From the NCBI GenBank assembly GCA_948467545.1, contig CAOKER010000001.1, positions 287,477-351,476 on the forward strand: a DNA stretch of 64,000 bases, in the 5' to 3' direction. A model generated the notes under the pieces. The model saw only the letters and a program-made list of their open reading frames with translations. It was not told the DNA's origin and did not search any database. Within the stretch, counting starts at the first letter, position 1. Each line of letters starts with the position of its first letter. The position numbers were made by a program, and so were the translations under genes. The DNA comes from an uncultured Eubacteriales bacterium. Lineage in GTDB: Bacteria > Bacillota > Clostridia > Oscillospirales > CAG-272. Positions 1 to 8,912 of this stretch are shown here, in pieces.

Positions 1-58
1 CTTTTATATTCGGTTGTCAAGTGTCACAGTATGTAATTCAAGGTTTTATATGATTCGT

Positions 59-1951
59 TCACATTAATTGTTTAATCGCATTTCGGCTGTTTTTCCATTT
101 TAACAGCAGCGCCGAATTAAAAATCACAAGTACAGAGCCTGCGTTATGAACAAGCGCACCGATAACAGGACCGAGAACTCCGGTTATTGCAAGAGCAATG
201 GCGAGAAAATTCAGTCCCATTGAAAATGTAAGATTCAGTTTAATTTTTGACGTCATTTTTTTGGATAACGATATAAGATGCGGAAGCTCTTTTATCTCGT
301 CGTCTATAAGTACAATATCCGCAGCGTCTACGGCAATATCGCTTCCGATACCACCCATGGCAATTCCGATATTTGCTTTTCTGAGTGCGGGGGCGTCATT
401 AATACCGTCGCCGATCATGCAAACTGAATTTCCGTTCTTTTGGTATTCGCTTATGCGGTTCAGTTTATCTTCGGGCAGACAGTTTGCGTGTACTTCTCTG
501 ATACGCAGCTGAGCTGCAATGGCGTCGGCGGCGTTTGTATTGTCTCCCGTAAGAAGAACGGGCTGAATACCGATACAATTTATATTTTCGATCACCCTTG
601 AGCTTTCTTCTCTGACGGTATCCGAAAGGACAATATAGCCTGCCAAATCTTCGTCGACTGCTATATAAATAACGGTACTGCCTTCATTCAGATATTTTTC
701 GGCTTTGGCGGTCAGAGAGTTGGATATACCGTTTTCATTTTCTCCGAAAATCAGTTTTAAATTTCCCGCTTTTATTTGTTTTCCGTCCACTGATGCAGTA
801 ACCCCTTCGCCTGGGATCATCCTGAAGTTTTCCGCATATTTTGGCTCTTCCCCGAAGCATCGAACAATTGCCTTGCCGATAGGATGCTCGCTCATCCTTT
901 CAGCGGCAGCGGCAAAAGTGAATATATCATCGGTGCTGTAATCCGAAACGCTTTCTACCGAAGTTACTTTTGGCATGCCGCAGGTAAGCGTTCCTGTCTT
1001 GTCAAAAACAATTTTCGATGCCTTTGCAAGACGTTCAAGTGCATCTCCTTCACGAACAAGAAAACCATGCTTTGCGGCGTTTCCTATAGCTGCCATAATT
1101 GCCGTTGGAGTTGCAAGCACTAATGCGCACGGGCAAAAGACAACAAGAATGGTAACCGCGCGGATAATTTCTCCGGATATTATCCAGGTGATCGCCGCGG
1201 CAGTCAATGCGGCAATCACAATCCATGTTGCCCACCGGTCTGCGAGTCTGACTATTTTTGCTTTTCCTGCATCGGCAGATTTAACAAGACTGATCATTCT
1301 TTGAATAGAGCTGTCCTGTCCTACCTTAACGGCTTTCATTTCAAAAGCTCCGAACTGATTGACGGTTCCGCTTGATACATCGTCGCCTGCCGTTTTGTCG
1401 ACGGGAAGAGGTTCTCCGGTCATGACAGCTTGATTAACCGACGTCTGACCTGAAATTATTGTGCCGTCTACCGGTACGGTCTCACCCGGCAAAACTCGGA
1501 TAATATCGCCGACCTTTACATGATCGGCGGGAATGATGTTCTCCGTTTCGTCTGTAACAACTCTTGCAGTCTGCGGTGTTAAACGGACAAGCTTTTCAAT
1601 CCCTTCCCTTGCTTTTGATACTGTTAAATCCTCAAGCAAAGCTCCAAGCTGCATTATAAACGCAACCTCTCCGGCCGCAAAATTTTCGCCAATGCAGACG
1701 GAGGCAATCAGTGCAAGAGACACAAGAACGTCGGCTTTTATGTCAAATGATGATATAAGCCCTGTAATTGCTTCCATAATGACCGGAACACCGCAAAGAA
1801 TAACGGCAATCCATGCAGCGTCAAAGGGTAACGGTACTAAATTAAAAATGCTGATTATAAGGGCGGCACCGGAAACAGTAAGAAAAACAATGTCTTTTTT
1901 TGTGCCGCCTAATTCCATGATTAGTTCAAGCTTTTCGGTTATTTTCTTCAT
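59..1951 (-). CDS. Heavy-metal-translocating P1B-type ATPase without an N-terminal HMA metal-binding domain
   Basis: ORF 59..1981. CPC membrane motif (VFCPCALVLATP), phosphorylation site DKTGTLT, SEHPIG, hinge GDGINDAPAL, C-terminal HNAGSVLVIFNS. Start moved to the internal ATG at 1951 (MKKITEKL). Only about 30 aa precede the first TM helix. Confidence 0.9.
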   Translation of the reverse strand: MKKITEKLELIMELGGTKKDIVFLTVSGAALIISIFNLVPLPFDAAWIAVILCGVPVIMEAITGLISSFDIKADVLVSLALIASVCIGENFAAGEVAFIMQLGALLEDLTVSKAREGIEKLVRLTPQTARVVTDETENIIPADHVKVGDIIRVLPGETVPVDGTIISGQTSVNQAVMTGEPLPVDKTAGDDVSSGTVNQFGAFEMKAVKVGQDSSIQRMISLVKSADAGKAKIVRLADRWATWIVIAALTAAAITWIISGEIIRAVTILVVFCPCALVLATPTAIMAAIGNAAKHGFLVREGDALERLAKASKIVFDKTGTLTCGMPKVTSVESVSDYSTDDIFTFAAAAERMSEHPIGKAIVRCFGEEPKYAENFRMIPGEGVTASVDGKQIKAGNLKLIFGENENGISNSLTAKAEKYLNEGSTVIYIAVDEDLAGYIVLSDTVREESSRVIENINCIGIQPVLLTGDNTNAADAIAAQLRIREVHANCLPEDKLNRISEYQKNGNSVCMIGDGINDAPALRKANIGIAMGGIGSDIAVDAADIVLIDDEIKELPHLISLSKKMTSKIKLNLTFSMGLNFLAIALAITGVLGPVIGALVHNAGSVLVIFNSALLLKWKNSRNAIKQLM

Positions 1952-2130
1952 AATGATGATCTTTGCCTTTCGTATATACATAAATTTTTATCCGTTTTTC
2001 GGTAAAATGACATCTGTTATCATTTTAATAATATATAATAGTCGGTTTTTATGGTGCTTGAAATTTTCTTTCATCTCTGTAAATATCCTTTCTTATGTTT
2101 ATGAGGCTATAAGTTAATAGTTTAAAGAAT

Positions 2131-2160
2131 TATACTTATACCTATAGGGGTATAAGTATA
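2131..2160. promoter_or_regulatory. CsoR-type operator: 30-bp palindrome with perfect 12-bp arms between csoR and the ATPase gene
   Basis: TATACTTATACC-TATAGG-GGTATAAGTATA. The core ATACC..GGGGTAT resembles known CsoR boxes. It lies about 170 nt upstream of the ATPase start. Confidence 0.7.
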
Positions 2161-2289
2161 TTATATATGAATTTTTAACTTTTGTCAAGATATATAAATA
2201 AAAAAGACAGCCTCGAATGATATGCACCTCAAAAAAAGTCTGACTTTTTGGTGTCATTCAATGGACTGTCTTTTATATGTATTTAGATT

Positions 2290-2565
2290 TTATTGCATAT
2301 TTGCAAAACGTTCTACTGCTTTTGTAAAGCTTTCGATTGTTTTATCCGCGTCTCCGTGTTCTATGCCGTCTCTTACACAGTGCTTGATGTGTCCCTCCAG
2401 TACAACCTGTCCGGCTTTATGTAGAGCTGACTTGGCGGCATTTATCTGAGAGAGAATATCTTCGCAGGGAACATCATCATCTATCATTCTGTCGATTGCC
2501 TGTACCTGTCCGATAATTTTTTTCAGCCTGCGGTGCAGATTTTCAGAATCCATACACTGTTTCAT
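2290..2565 (-). CDS. csoR: CsoR/RcnR-family metal-sensing transcriptional repressor (Cys-His-Cys fingerprint, Cu(I)-type)
   Basis: 91 aa, DUF156-like. VPCED plus GHIKHC gives the C..H-x3-C ligand pattern of CsoR. It sits next to the metal ATPase and its palindromic operator. Confidence 0.85.
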   Translation of the reverse strand: MKQCMDSENLHRRLKKIIGQVQAIDRMIDDDVPCEDILSQINAAKSALHKAGQVVLEGHIKHCVRDGIEHGDADKTIESFTKAVERFANMQ

Positions 2566-2849
2566 ATACTAACCTCCAAACGCTTCCAAGTCTATTTATT
2601 ATAGCAATTTTTTTTTGCTTTGTCAACGTGTCGGGCAGCGTATAGGCTATCTTTTTCCGTATGTACCGTTAGTCAAACAGTGTTTTTTTCTTTAATAACT
2701 AAAATTTACAAGTGTATTTTAACATGATCTAAAGAAGATTACAAGTACAATTTTCCGCTTATTAATTTGATATTATACACGAAAATAATTACAAATCAAA
2801 AGAAAAATAGAAGTGTAATAATGAAGTCAGCAAGAAAAGTAAATTGTCG

Positions 2850-3524
2850 CTACAGAGCGTATTTTATCTTGATTCTGTCTAATATTTTTCCGATAGGCTT
2901 TGAGCATAATAAAAGAAAGATTACATTTGACACAGCGTAGATTACGGTAAACGGTACTGCCGCTATGACGGCGGCGAGATATCTTGAAAAATTAAAATAG
3001 CCGTCTTCCCACAGCACCGTCCAGATGTCCATAATAAACGAAAACAGAATTCCGGAAAATATCGCGTATATTACCAGTATAATTTTGCTTCGTTTCAGCG
3101 GATCGGCGATTAATCCGGCAATGAATCCGATAATGCCCCAGCTGAACATTTGGAAGGGCGTCCACGGTCCCTGACCAAAAAAGAAATTTGAAATTACCGC
3201 AGATAAGGCTCCGGTCATGAATCCCGCTTCGCCGCCGAAATACATAGCCGTTATTACTACCATGGCCGTAACCGGCTTAAATCCGGGAATCGGTGCAAAA
3301 ATAATTCTGCCGATTGATGACAGCGCAATCATTACCGCGATAAGTATCATTCTTTTTATATCTTTTTCTCTTTTTTCAAAATGCATAAAAAACGGAATAC
3401 AGGATAGTATTACGATACAGAGCGATATCCATGCATACTGTTTACCTTTAAAGATAAAGGTACCTGCTGCGGCGATTGCCGGAATTATGATACATAGAAT
3501 TATGTAAGAAATCAATTTTTTCAT
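2850..3524 (-). CDS. ECF transporter S (substrate-capture) component, polytopic membrane protein
   Basis: 224 aa, about 6 TM helices, GQGPWTPFQMFSWG motif typical of ECF S units. Last gene of the riboswitch-controlled operon, directly after ecfT and ecfA-A'. Confidence 0.7.
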   Translation of the reverse strand: MKKLISYIILCIIIPAIAAAGTFIFKGKQYAWISLCIVILSCIPFFMHFEKREKDIKRMILIAVMIALSSIGRIIFAPIPGFKPVTAMVVITAMYFGGEAGFMTGALSAVISNFFFGQGPWTPFQMFSWGIIGFIAGLIADPLKRSKIILVIYAIFSGILFSFIMDIWTVLWEDGYFNFSRYLAAVIAAVPFTVIYAVSNVIFLLLCSKPIGKILDRIKIKYAL

Positions 3525-3569
3525 TTTTGTAGAGATACCTTTCGGTGAATTGAAAGCATTGAGAGTTTT

Positions 3570-5237
3570 TTAAATCTGTTTTTTGCATAGCTGAACTACC
3601 TGACGGCAGGTTACCGCATTGGGGAAGAGCTGTCGAGCCATTCGGTTTGCGGCCGTCGTATAGAAGTTGTTTTCGGCAAAGAACCTTTCGGGAATATCGG
3701 CGGACAGAACCTCTCCGTCGAAGAACAGTGCGCATCGGTCCGCATTCTCAGCTGCGAATTCTACGTCGTGTGTGACCGTTAGAATTGTTATACCGTCGTT
3801 TTTCAGTTCCTGCAATATTTTTTTAAGAACGTACTTAGAATATGCGTCAAGTCCTTTTGTCGGCTCATCGAGAAGAAGAATTTTCGGATTAAGAAGCAGT
3901 ATTTTTGCAAGCGCGCATTTTTGCTGCTCTCCGCCGCTTAAATCATACGGGTGCTTATTAAGAAGATGGGTAATTCCGATTTTGGCGGCGGTTTTCTCTG
4001 CTTTTTCCGCACGTTTGTTTTTTGGTACTTCCAATGCTTCGAGAATTTCGAGCAGATCATCCCGCACGTTGTCCTTAATGAATACTGTCTGCGGATTTTG
4101 AGGAAGAAGCGCAAGATTTCCGCGGTACAGAGAATTGCCCTTATAATCGCGGATTGGTTTTCCGTCTATCAGCACTTTTCCTCTGTATGCTTTGTTCAGT
4201 CCGGAAATGACATTCAGCGCCGTAGTTTTTCCCGTTCCGTTTCCGCCGAGCAGGCAGTAGAATTCACCGCGCTGTATTCGGAGCGATGTACCGCGGAGAA
4301 TGTCGGGAAGATCCTTTTCGTAACGGAACCAGACATTTTTCAGTTCGATGGCCGTATCGCCGCTTTCATTGAATTCGGTCTTGAATTCGCTTTTCTGAGG
4401 CGTGATGAAATGCCGCTCCAGAAAGTCCTTTCCCTCTTTTACGGTCAGGGGACATTCATCTTCGATATTCAGAGCCTCGAATATTCGAACCGCGCTCGGA
4501 AGTCCAAGCAGCATCGGATGATCATTTTGAATCTCGGCGAGCCTTTTGCCGATGCTTTTCGGTGAATCATAGATAAGAGCTTTGCCGCTGTCCATAAGCA
4601 GAACCTTGTCGGCTATAGGAAAGACGTCCTCTAAGCGGTGCTCTGCAAGGAGAATTGTAAGTCCGAATTCCCGATTGAGCTTTTGCAGCGTGGAGATAAA
4701 ATCAGACGCGGCAATCGGATCGAGCTGACTTGTCGGTTCGTCGAGAATGAGAATTTTCGGTTGCATTACCATGACCGACGCAAGATTGAGAAGCTGTTTT
4801 TGTCCGCCCGACAATTCGTCGGTTTTTTTGCGGAACCATTCCGCAATTCCAAAGTAGCTTGCCATCTCGCCGACTCTGCGGCGGATAACTTCGGTTGAAA
4901 CGCCCATATTTTCAAGACCGAAAGCAAGCTCGTGCCATACCTTGTCGGTTACAATTTGATTGTCCGGATTTTGAAGAACGTACCCGATTTCGGATGAGCT
5001 TGTTTTTCTATCAAGTTTTTCCTGTTCCGTACTTCTGTAAAAAATTCTACCGCTCTTTTCTCCGGCGGGGGCAAGCTCTTTTTTGAGGAGCTTAAGAAAT
5101 GTTGTTTTGCCGCAGCCCGATTCTCCGCAGATTACAACGAAATCTCCGCTGTCTACATTAAGGCTGATGTTGTCTACGGCATTATTTGTGGCTTGCGGGT
5201 ATTTGAAGCTTAAATTTTCGATATGTAGTATTTCCAT
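3570..5237 (-). CDS. ECF transporter ATPase, fused duplicated EcfA-EcfA'
   Basis: Two ABC cassettes: Walker A GESGCGKTT and GGNGTGKTT, signatures LSGGQKQ and LSGGEQQ, Walker B ILILDEP and ILLLDEP. Start set to MEILHIENL (ATG 5237) preceded by AGGAGG. Overlaps the ecfT end by 28 nt. Confidence 0.9.
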   Translation of the reverse strand: MEILHIENLSFKYPQATNNAVDNISLNVDSGDFVVICGESGCGKTTFLKLLKKELAPAGEKSGRIFYRSTEQEKLDRKTSSSEIGYVLQNPDNQIVTDKVWHELAFGLENMGVSTEVIRRRVGEMASYFGIAEWFRKKTDELSGGQKQLLNLASVMVMQPKILILDEPTSQLDPIAASDFISTLQKLNREFGLTILLAEHRLEDVFPIADKVLLMDSGKALIYDSPKSIGKRLAEIQNDHPMLLGLPSAVRIFEALNIEDECPLTVKEGKDFLERHFITPQKSEFKTEFNESGDTAIELKNVWFRYEKDLPDILRGTSLRIQRGEFYCLLGGNGTGKTTALNVISGLNKAYRGKVLIDGKPIRDYKGNSLYRGNLALLPQNPQTVFIKDNVRDDLLEILEALEVPKNKRAEKAEKTAAKIGITHLLNKHPYDLSGGEQQKCALAKILLLNPKILLLDEPTKGLDAYSKYVLKKILQELKNDGITILTVTHDVEFAAENADRCALFFDGEVLSADIPERFFAENNFYTTAANRMARQLFPNAVTCRQVVQLCKKQI

Positions 5238-6091
5238 ACAATAGCCTCCTTGACTTCGATGATAAACGGAAGAAAAGACAATAATCCGAATGATATATAA
5301 ACAGCGGCGGCGTAGGGAGTCAGATTCGGCTCGCTGATCCTCGGATAATAGTAAAATACGGTTTCCCCGGCCGCTGCTCCTGAGACTGTAATTCCGAGAA
5401 GCATTATGCATACTGTCAGGAGCACGCTGTCATCGATGTGAAACCGAAAGAGGGAAAAGCTTGTCCTGCCTTTAATGCCGTATCCTCTCGCTTTCATTGA
5501 CGCGGAGGTTTCCATTGAGTTTTCGAGCGCCCAGGATATCATTGCCATAAAAACGCGCGCTGCGCTTCTGACTTTATCTGTAAAGCTTTTTGATGAATAC
5601 AGGCCCATAGCCTTTTGCGCACGATTTACTTTATGCATTTGTCTTTTGAACATGGGTATAAATCTGAGCGCCATTGAGAGGATAAGCGACAGCTTCGGAA
5701 CGACTTTGCCGAACAGATAAAGAAATTTATCGCTGGTCATTATTTCGCTGTAGCATTTACACCACATCATCACGCCTATAACCATCACAGCGATGAAAAT
5801 GCCGTATATGAAGGCTTCAAGCGTAACCGGATTTCCGTTTAGAAAGAACAGGGGTGTAACTCCGTTATGTGAAAACAGTGGGTTTGTTACGGCAATTAAA
5901 AGGAACATGGGAACATAGAATCCGATATTTCCGCCTATTTCACTGCGCCTTTGAAGCATGAGACAAAACAGAATACCGCCGAGCATGGCAAGTGTTTGCA
6001 GAATCGGATTTGATACGAACATTGTTACAAGAAGTACAGACAGAAAATAAATCATCAGTGTCGCGGGATGGTAATTTCCGAATGCTTTCAT
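5210..6091 (-). CDS. ECF transporter transmembrane (T) component, EcfT/CbiQ family
   Basis: 293 aa polytopic protein with a CbiQ-like arrangement and ARGxxxxxR-type coupling helices (MKARGYGIKGRTS). Located directly upstream of the ATPase. Confidence 0.8.
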   Translation of the reverse strand: MKAFGNYHPATLMIYFLSVLLVTMFVSNPILQTLAMLGGILFCLMLQRRSEIGGNIGFYVPMFLLIAVTNPLFSHNGVTPLFFLNGNPVTLEAFIYGIFIAVMVIGVMMWCKCYSEIMTSDKFLYLFGKVVPKLSLILSMALRFIPMFKRQMHKVNRAQKAMGLYSSKSFTDKVRSAARVFMAMISWALENSMETSASMKARGYGIKGRTSFSLFRFHIDDSVLLTVCIMLLGITVSGAAAGETVFYYYPRISEPNLTPYAAAVYISFGLLSFLPFIIEVKEAIVWKYYISKI

Positions 6092-6154
6092 TTATATAGA
6101 TCTTCCTTTCGCTGTGTCAGAACTTTTGGTGATTTCGGAATTGATAAACTATGG

Positions 6155-6697
6155 TTATTCTATCCATATGCAGCCTATATCTTTTCCGAGATTGCAGGTA
6201 TAAACCCATTCAATTATCTGACCGTCCTTCAGTTTGTATTTGGAGCAGCCGTAGTTTGGAAATTCGCCGTCGACACGGTACATCCATCCGGATAAATGAC
6301 CGCAGGAAAATTCATAGAGATAATGAATTCCCTGAATATATACGCTGCCGTAGCTGTTCTGATCCGCGCCCTGGTATTCCATCTGTATTTTGTTGTACCG
6401 TACCGCGCGGTCGAGTATGTCAAAGACTGTATCGCCTGGACGCAGTACATATTTTGTCGGAGGTAAAATGACCCCGTCCGGCGGAACGAATTCTTCGGAT
6501 CGGAGAGCAGGATCAAGGTCGTCGTAATTATCGAGTATGGTGTCGCAGCGTATACTGATTGTGACCGTTTCGCTGTCCGGAGTAATATCGTCAATATGTG
6601 TCAGATAGTATTCGTCTATCGATTGAATGTTGGTTCCGTTTATTACGACGGCAATCAAAAAGATTATAACCGATATTGAAAGAATATCTTTTTTCAC
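6155..6697 (-). CDS. DUF4430 (transcobalamin-like C-terminal/beta domain) protein with N-terminal signal/anchor
   Basis: 180 aa. N-terminal hydrophobic helix, then GWMYRVDGEFPNYGCSKYKLKDGQIIEWVYT, the characteristic DUF4430 core. Confidence 0.7.
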   Translation of the reverse strand: MKKDILSISVIIFLIAVVINGTNIQSIDEYYLTHIDDITPDSETVTISIRCDTILDNYDDLDPALRSEEFVPPDGVILPPTKYVLRPGDTVFDILDRAVRYNKIQMEYQGADQNSYGSVYIQGIHYLYEFSCGHLSGWMYRVDGEFPNYGCSKYKLKDGQIIEWVYTCNLGKDIGCIWIE

Positions 6698-6761
6698 CCT
6701 AATCCTCCTTTGGGTTTTATTTTAAGCTGCGTTCTGATTTATGTAAATACTGATTTTTTGC

Positions 6762-8669
6762 TTACTCGTCTTTCTTATACATTAATGCAAGCTCTTCCAT
6801 CTCTTTTTCCTTTTGACTGCGTTTCCTGCGAATTCTGCGAATCAGGGAAAATGCGGTTGCGGAGGCAATAAGGCAAAGCACCGTTCCTATGATAATTCCG
6901 CGTAAAAGGTTGTCAAGCTGCGTTTTTGTCTTTATGACATCCTCCCATCGTTCAATTTTAGCTTTGTCATATTCTCCGAGTTTATTATAACGCGCGGCAA
7001 TGCTGTCTACAGTCTCCTTGTCGCGGAGTGTCATTCTCTCAAACGGATAGAGCTTTTCCTTTATTTCCGTATTGATGCTGTCGATTTCCGCTTGTATTGA
7101 CGCAATATCATTTTTTGCGGCTGTCAGCTTTTCAAGGTATATATTTTTTTCGTCGAAATCTTCGCATTTATTCAATTTGTCAAGAAGTGTTGTAACAAGA
7201 ACATATTGTTCGGTTGTCAGATTTTCCGGAAGTCCGTCGGCTGCATTTCGGTCTGATTCCGAAAAATAGAGAATAACATTTTCTCCGCTTTCGTCTTTTG
7301 GACTTTCCGTAACGGGTGTAGTAACGGAAATTTTATCTATGTCAATGCCTGCTTCCTTTGCCGTGTCGGACAGCGTCCAATAATTTGACACATAGCATCG
7401 TTCGTTTTCCGGAATTGAATAAAAAGACGCGAGCAGTTTTTCAAGCTCGGATATATCCGCCGCGTCAGTCGGCGATGCAGCGATCTCAGATATCTGAACT
7501 TCCAAGTCGGAAATACGCTGCCGCAGCGAGGAGCTTTGTTCTTCACGAAAATCATAAAGGCTTCGCATTCCCTCGGACAATCTCCGTATTGCCGCCATTG
7601 TATAAAGCGTTTGTTCGCTTGCCATCGTATTTGATTGATCCGGCAGAGATGTGGGATTGTCGGGATCATAAGTAAATGAATGAATAAAACCGCCGTCATT
7701 CATTCGGTACCTCAGAATCCCGTCAAGAAGAGTGTTTCCGTTTTTTATAAACCGCTGGTCGGTAAGCGGATCAATGCCGAGACAGCACAACGCAACGACA
7801 ACCTGATCGGTGCTTTCCACATTCTCGGTTCCCCAGCTTGCAAAGTCTCCCGTATCCAGCTGAAGCTCTGACAGGCAAAGCAGCGCTTCGTCAATAATCT
7901 GCCGAACTGTTCTGCTAACTTCTTCACCGGACACTTTCTGTTTATAGGTATAGGCCTTTTCATCGTTGTAATAGGTAGAGAGCGCCTGAACTGCCATTGC
8001 CGTAATATCCGGGTCTGAGGTTTTACCGCTGAGTGCAAATCCGCCGTCTGCCAATTGCTGACGGAGAATTTCTATAATAATATCGTCTCTGGTGTAATAA
8101 GCGTCGTCAGGAATATTATACCGCATACTGTCAAGAGCAATCAACCCCCATATCCAACCGTTGATGCCTTGTCTGCCGAGAGGGGTGGTTTTTCCTCTGT
8201 TATATGTTCCGTCTGCGATAAGATTGATCGGAAGTCCTTTTTCATCGGTTCCTATATTGGTGGGATCTCCGCCCATTGCGAGAACGGCGAGCGATATACG
8301 GTGCCACTCGGTTGCCTTTGCTGCGCTTAATTTACCAGGGGTTTTGTAACGTTCCTCGATTTGATCTTTGATAACCGCAAGATATCCTTCGTAATTATCG
8401 GCGATACCAAGTCTGCCAAGCCCGATTGGGTACCAGTCTCCGGGTGTTGTTCCGGCAAGCTCAAGAAATTTTTCGTTTATGAGGTATCCGTTTTCGGATG
8501 ACCCGTTATCCGATTTTTTCCATGCTATAATATCGTCTGCAATTGACAGAATTTCTTTGGTTTGGCCTTCGCTGAGATATGAATTTTCATCGGCGAATGC
8601 TTTGGTCTCGGATATGATGGGGAAGAGAAGTATAGAACAAATCAGAAATCCCGCAATTTTTTTATTCAT
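6762..8669 (-). CDS. Signal-peptide, C-terminally membrane-anchored protein with prenyltransferase/terpene-cyclase-like alpha/alpha-toroid domain
   Basis: 635 aa. Signal peptide MNKKIAGFLICSILLFPIISETKAFA. Repeat motifs ATEWHRISLAVLAMGG, GINGWIWGLIALDS, DPDITAMAVQALSTYY, QVVVALCCLGIDP. C-terminal TM helix plus RRIRRKR. Clear paralog of an internal domain of the 2064-aa protein. Confidence 0.75.
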   Translation of the reverse strand: MNKKIAGFLICSILLFPIISETKAFADENSYLSEGQTKEILSIADDIIAWKKSDNGSSENGYLINEKFLELAGTTPGDWYPIGLGRLGIADNYEGYLAVIKDQIEERYKTPGKLSAAKATEWHRISLAVLAMGGDPTNIGTDEKGLPINLIADGTYNRGKTTPLGRQGINGWIWGLIALDSMRYNIPDDAYYTRDDIIIEILRQQLADGGFALSGKTSDPDITAMAVQALSTYYNDEKAYTYKQKVSGEEVSRTVRQIIDEALLCLSELQLDTGDFASWGTENVESTDQVVVALCCLGIDPLTDQRFIKNGNTLLDGILRYRMNDGGFIHSFTYDPDNPTSLPDQSNTMASEQTLYTMAAIRRLSEGMRSLYDFREEQSSSLRQRISDLEVQISEIAASPTDAADISELEKLLASFYSIPENERCYVSNYWTLSDTAKEAGIDIDKISVTTPVTESPKDESGENVILYFSESDRNAADGLPENLTTEQYVLVTTLLDKLNKCEDFDEKNIYLEKLTAAKNDIASIQAEIDSINTEIKEKLYPFERMTLRDKETVDSIAARYNKLGEYDKAKIERWEDVIKTKTQLDNLLRGIIIGTVLCLIASATAFSLIRRIRRKRSQKEKEMEELALMYKKDE

Positions 8670-8912
8670 AGCTGTAACCGTTCCTTTCCGGATATTACGC
8701 GTGTGTTATGAATTTTTCCCGCTGTTATGCCGCGGGAAACCGCATAATTGTTTTGAGCTTTTTCGGATAGAGAGACACGAAATCTGTGTATGATACTTTT
8801 AATAATTATTTTTATTTTGCCATTCGGAATACAGTCCGAGAGATTTTTTCTTGATTTTATGGCATTATCCGTTTTAAATACGGAGCAAGTTCCGATACAG
8901 TTTAAATTTATT

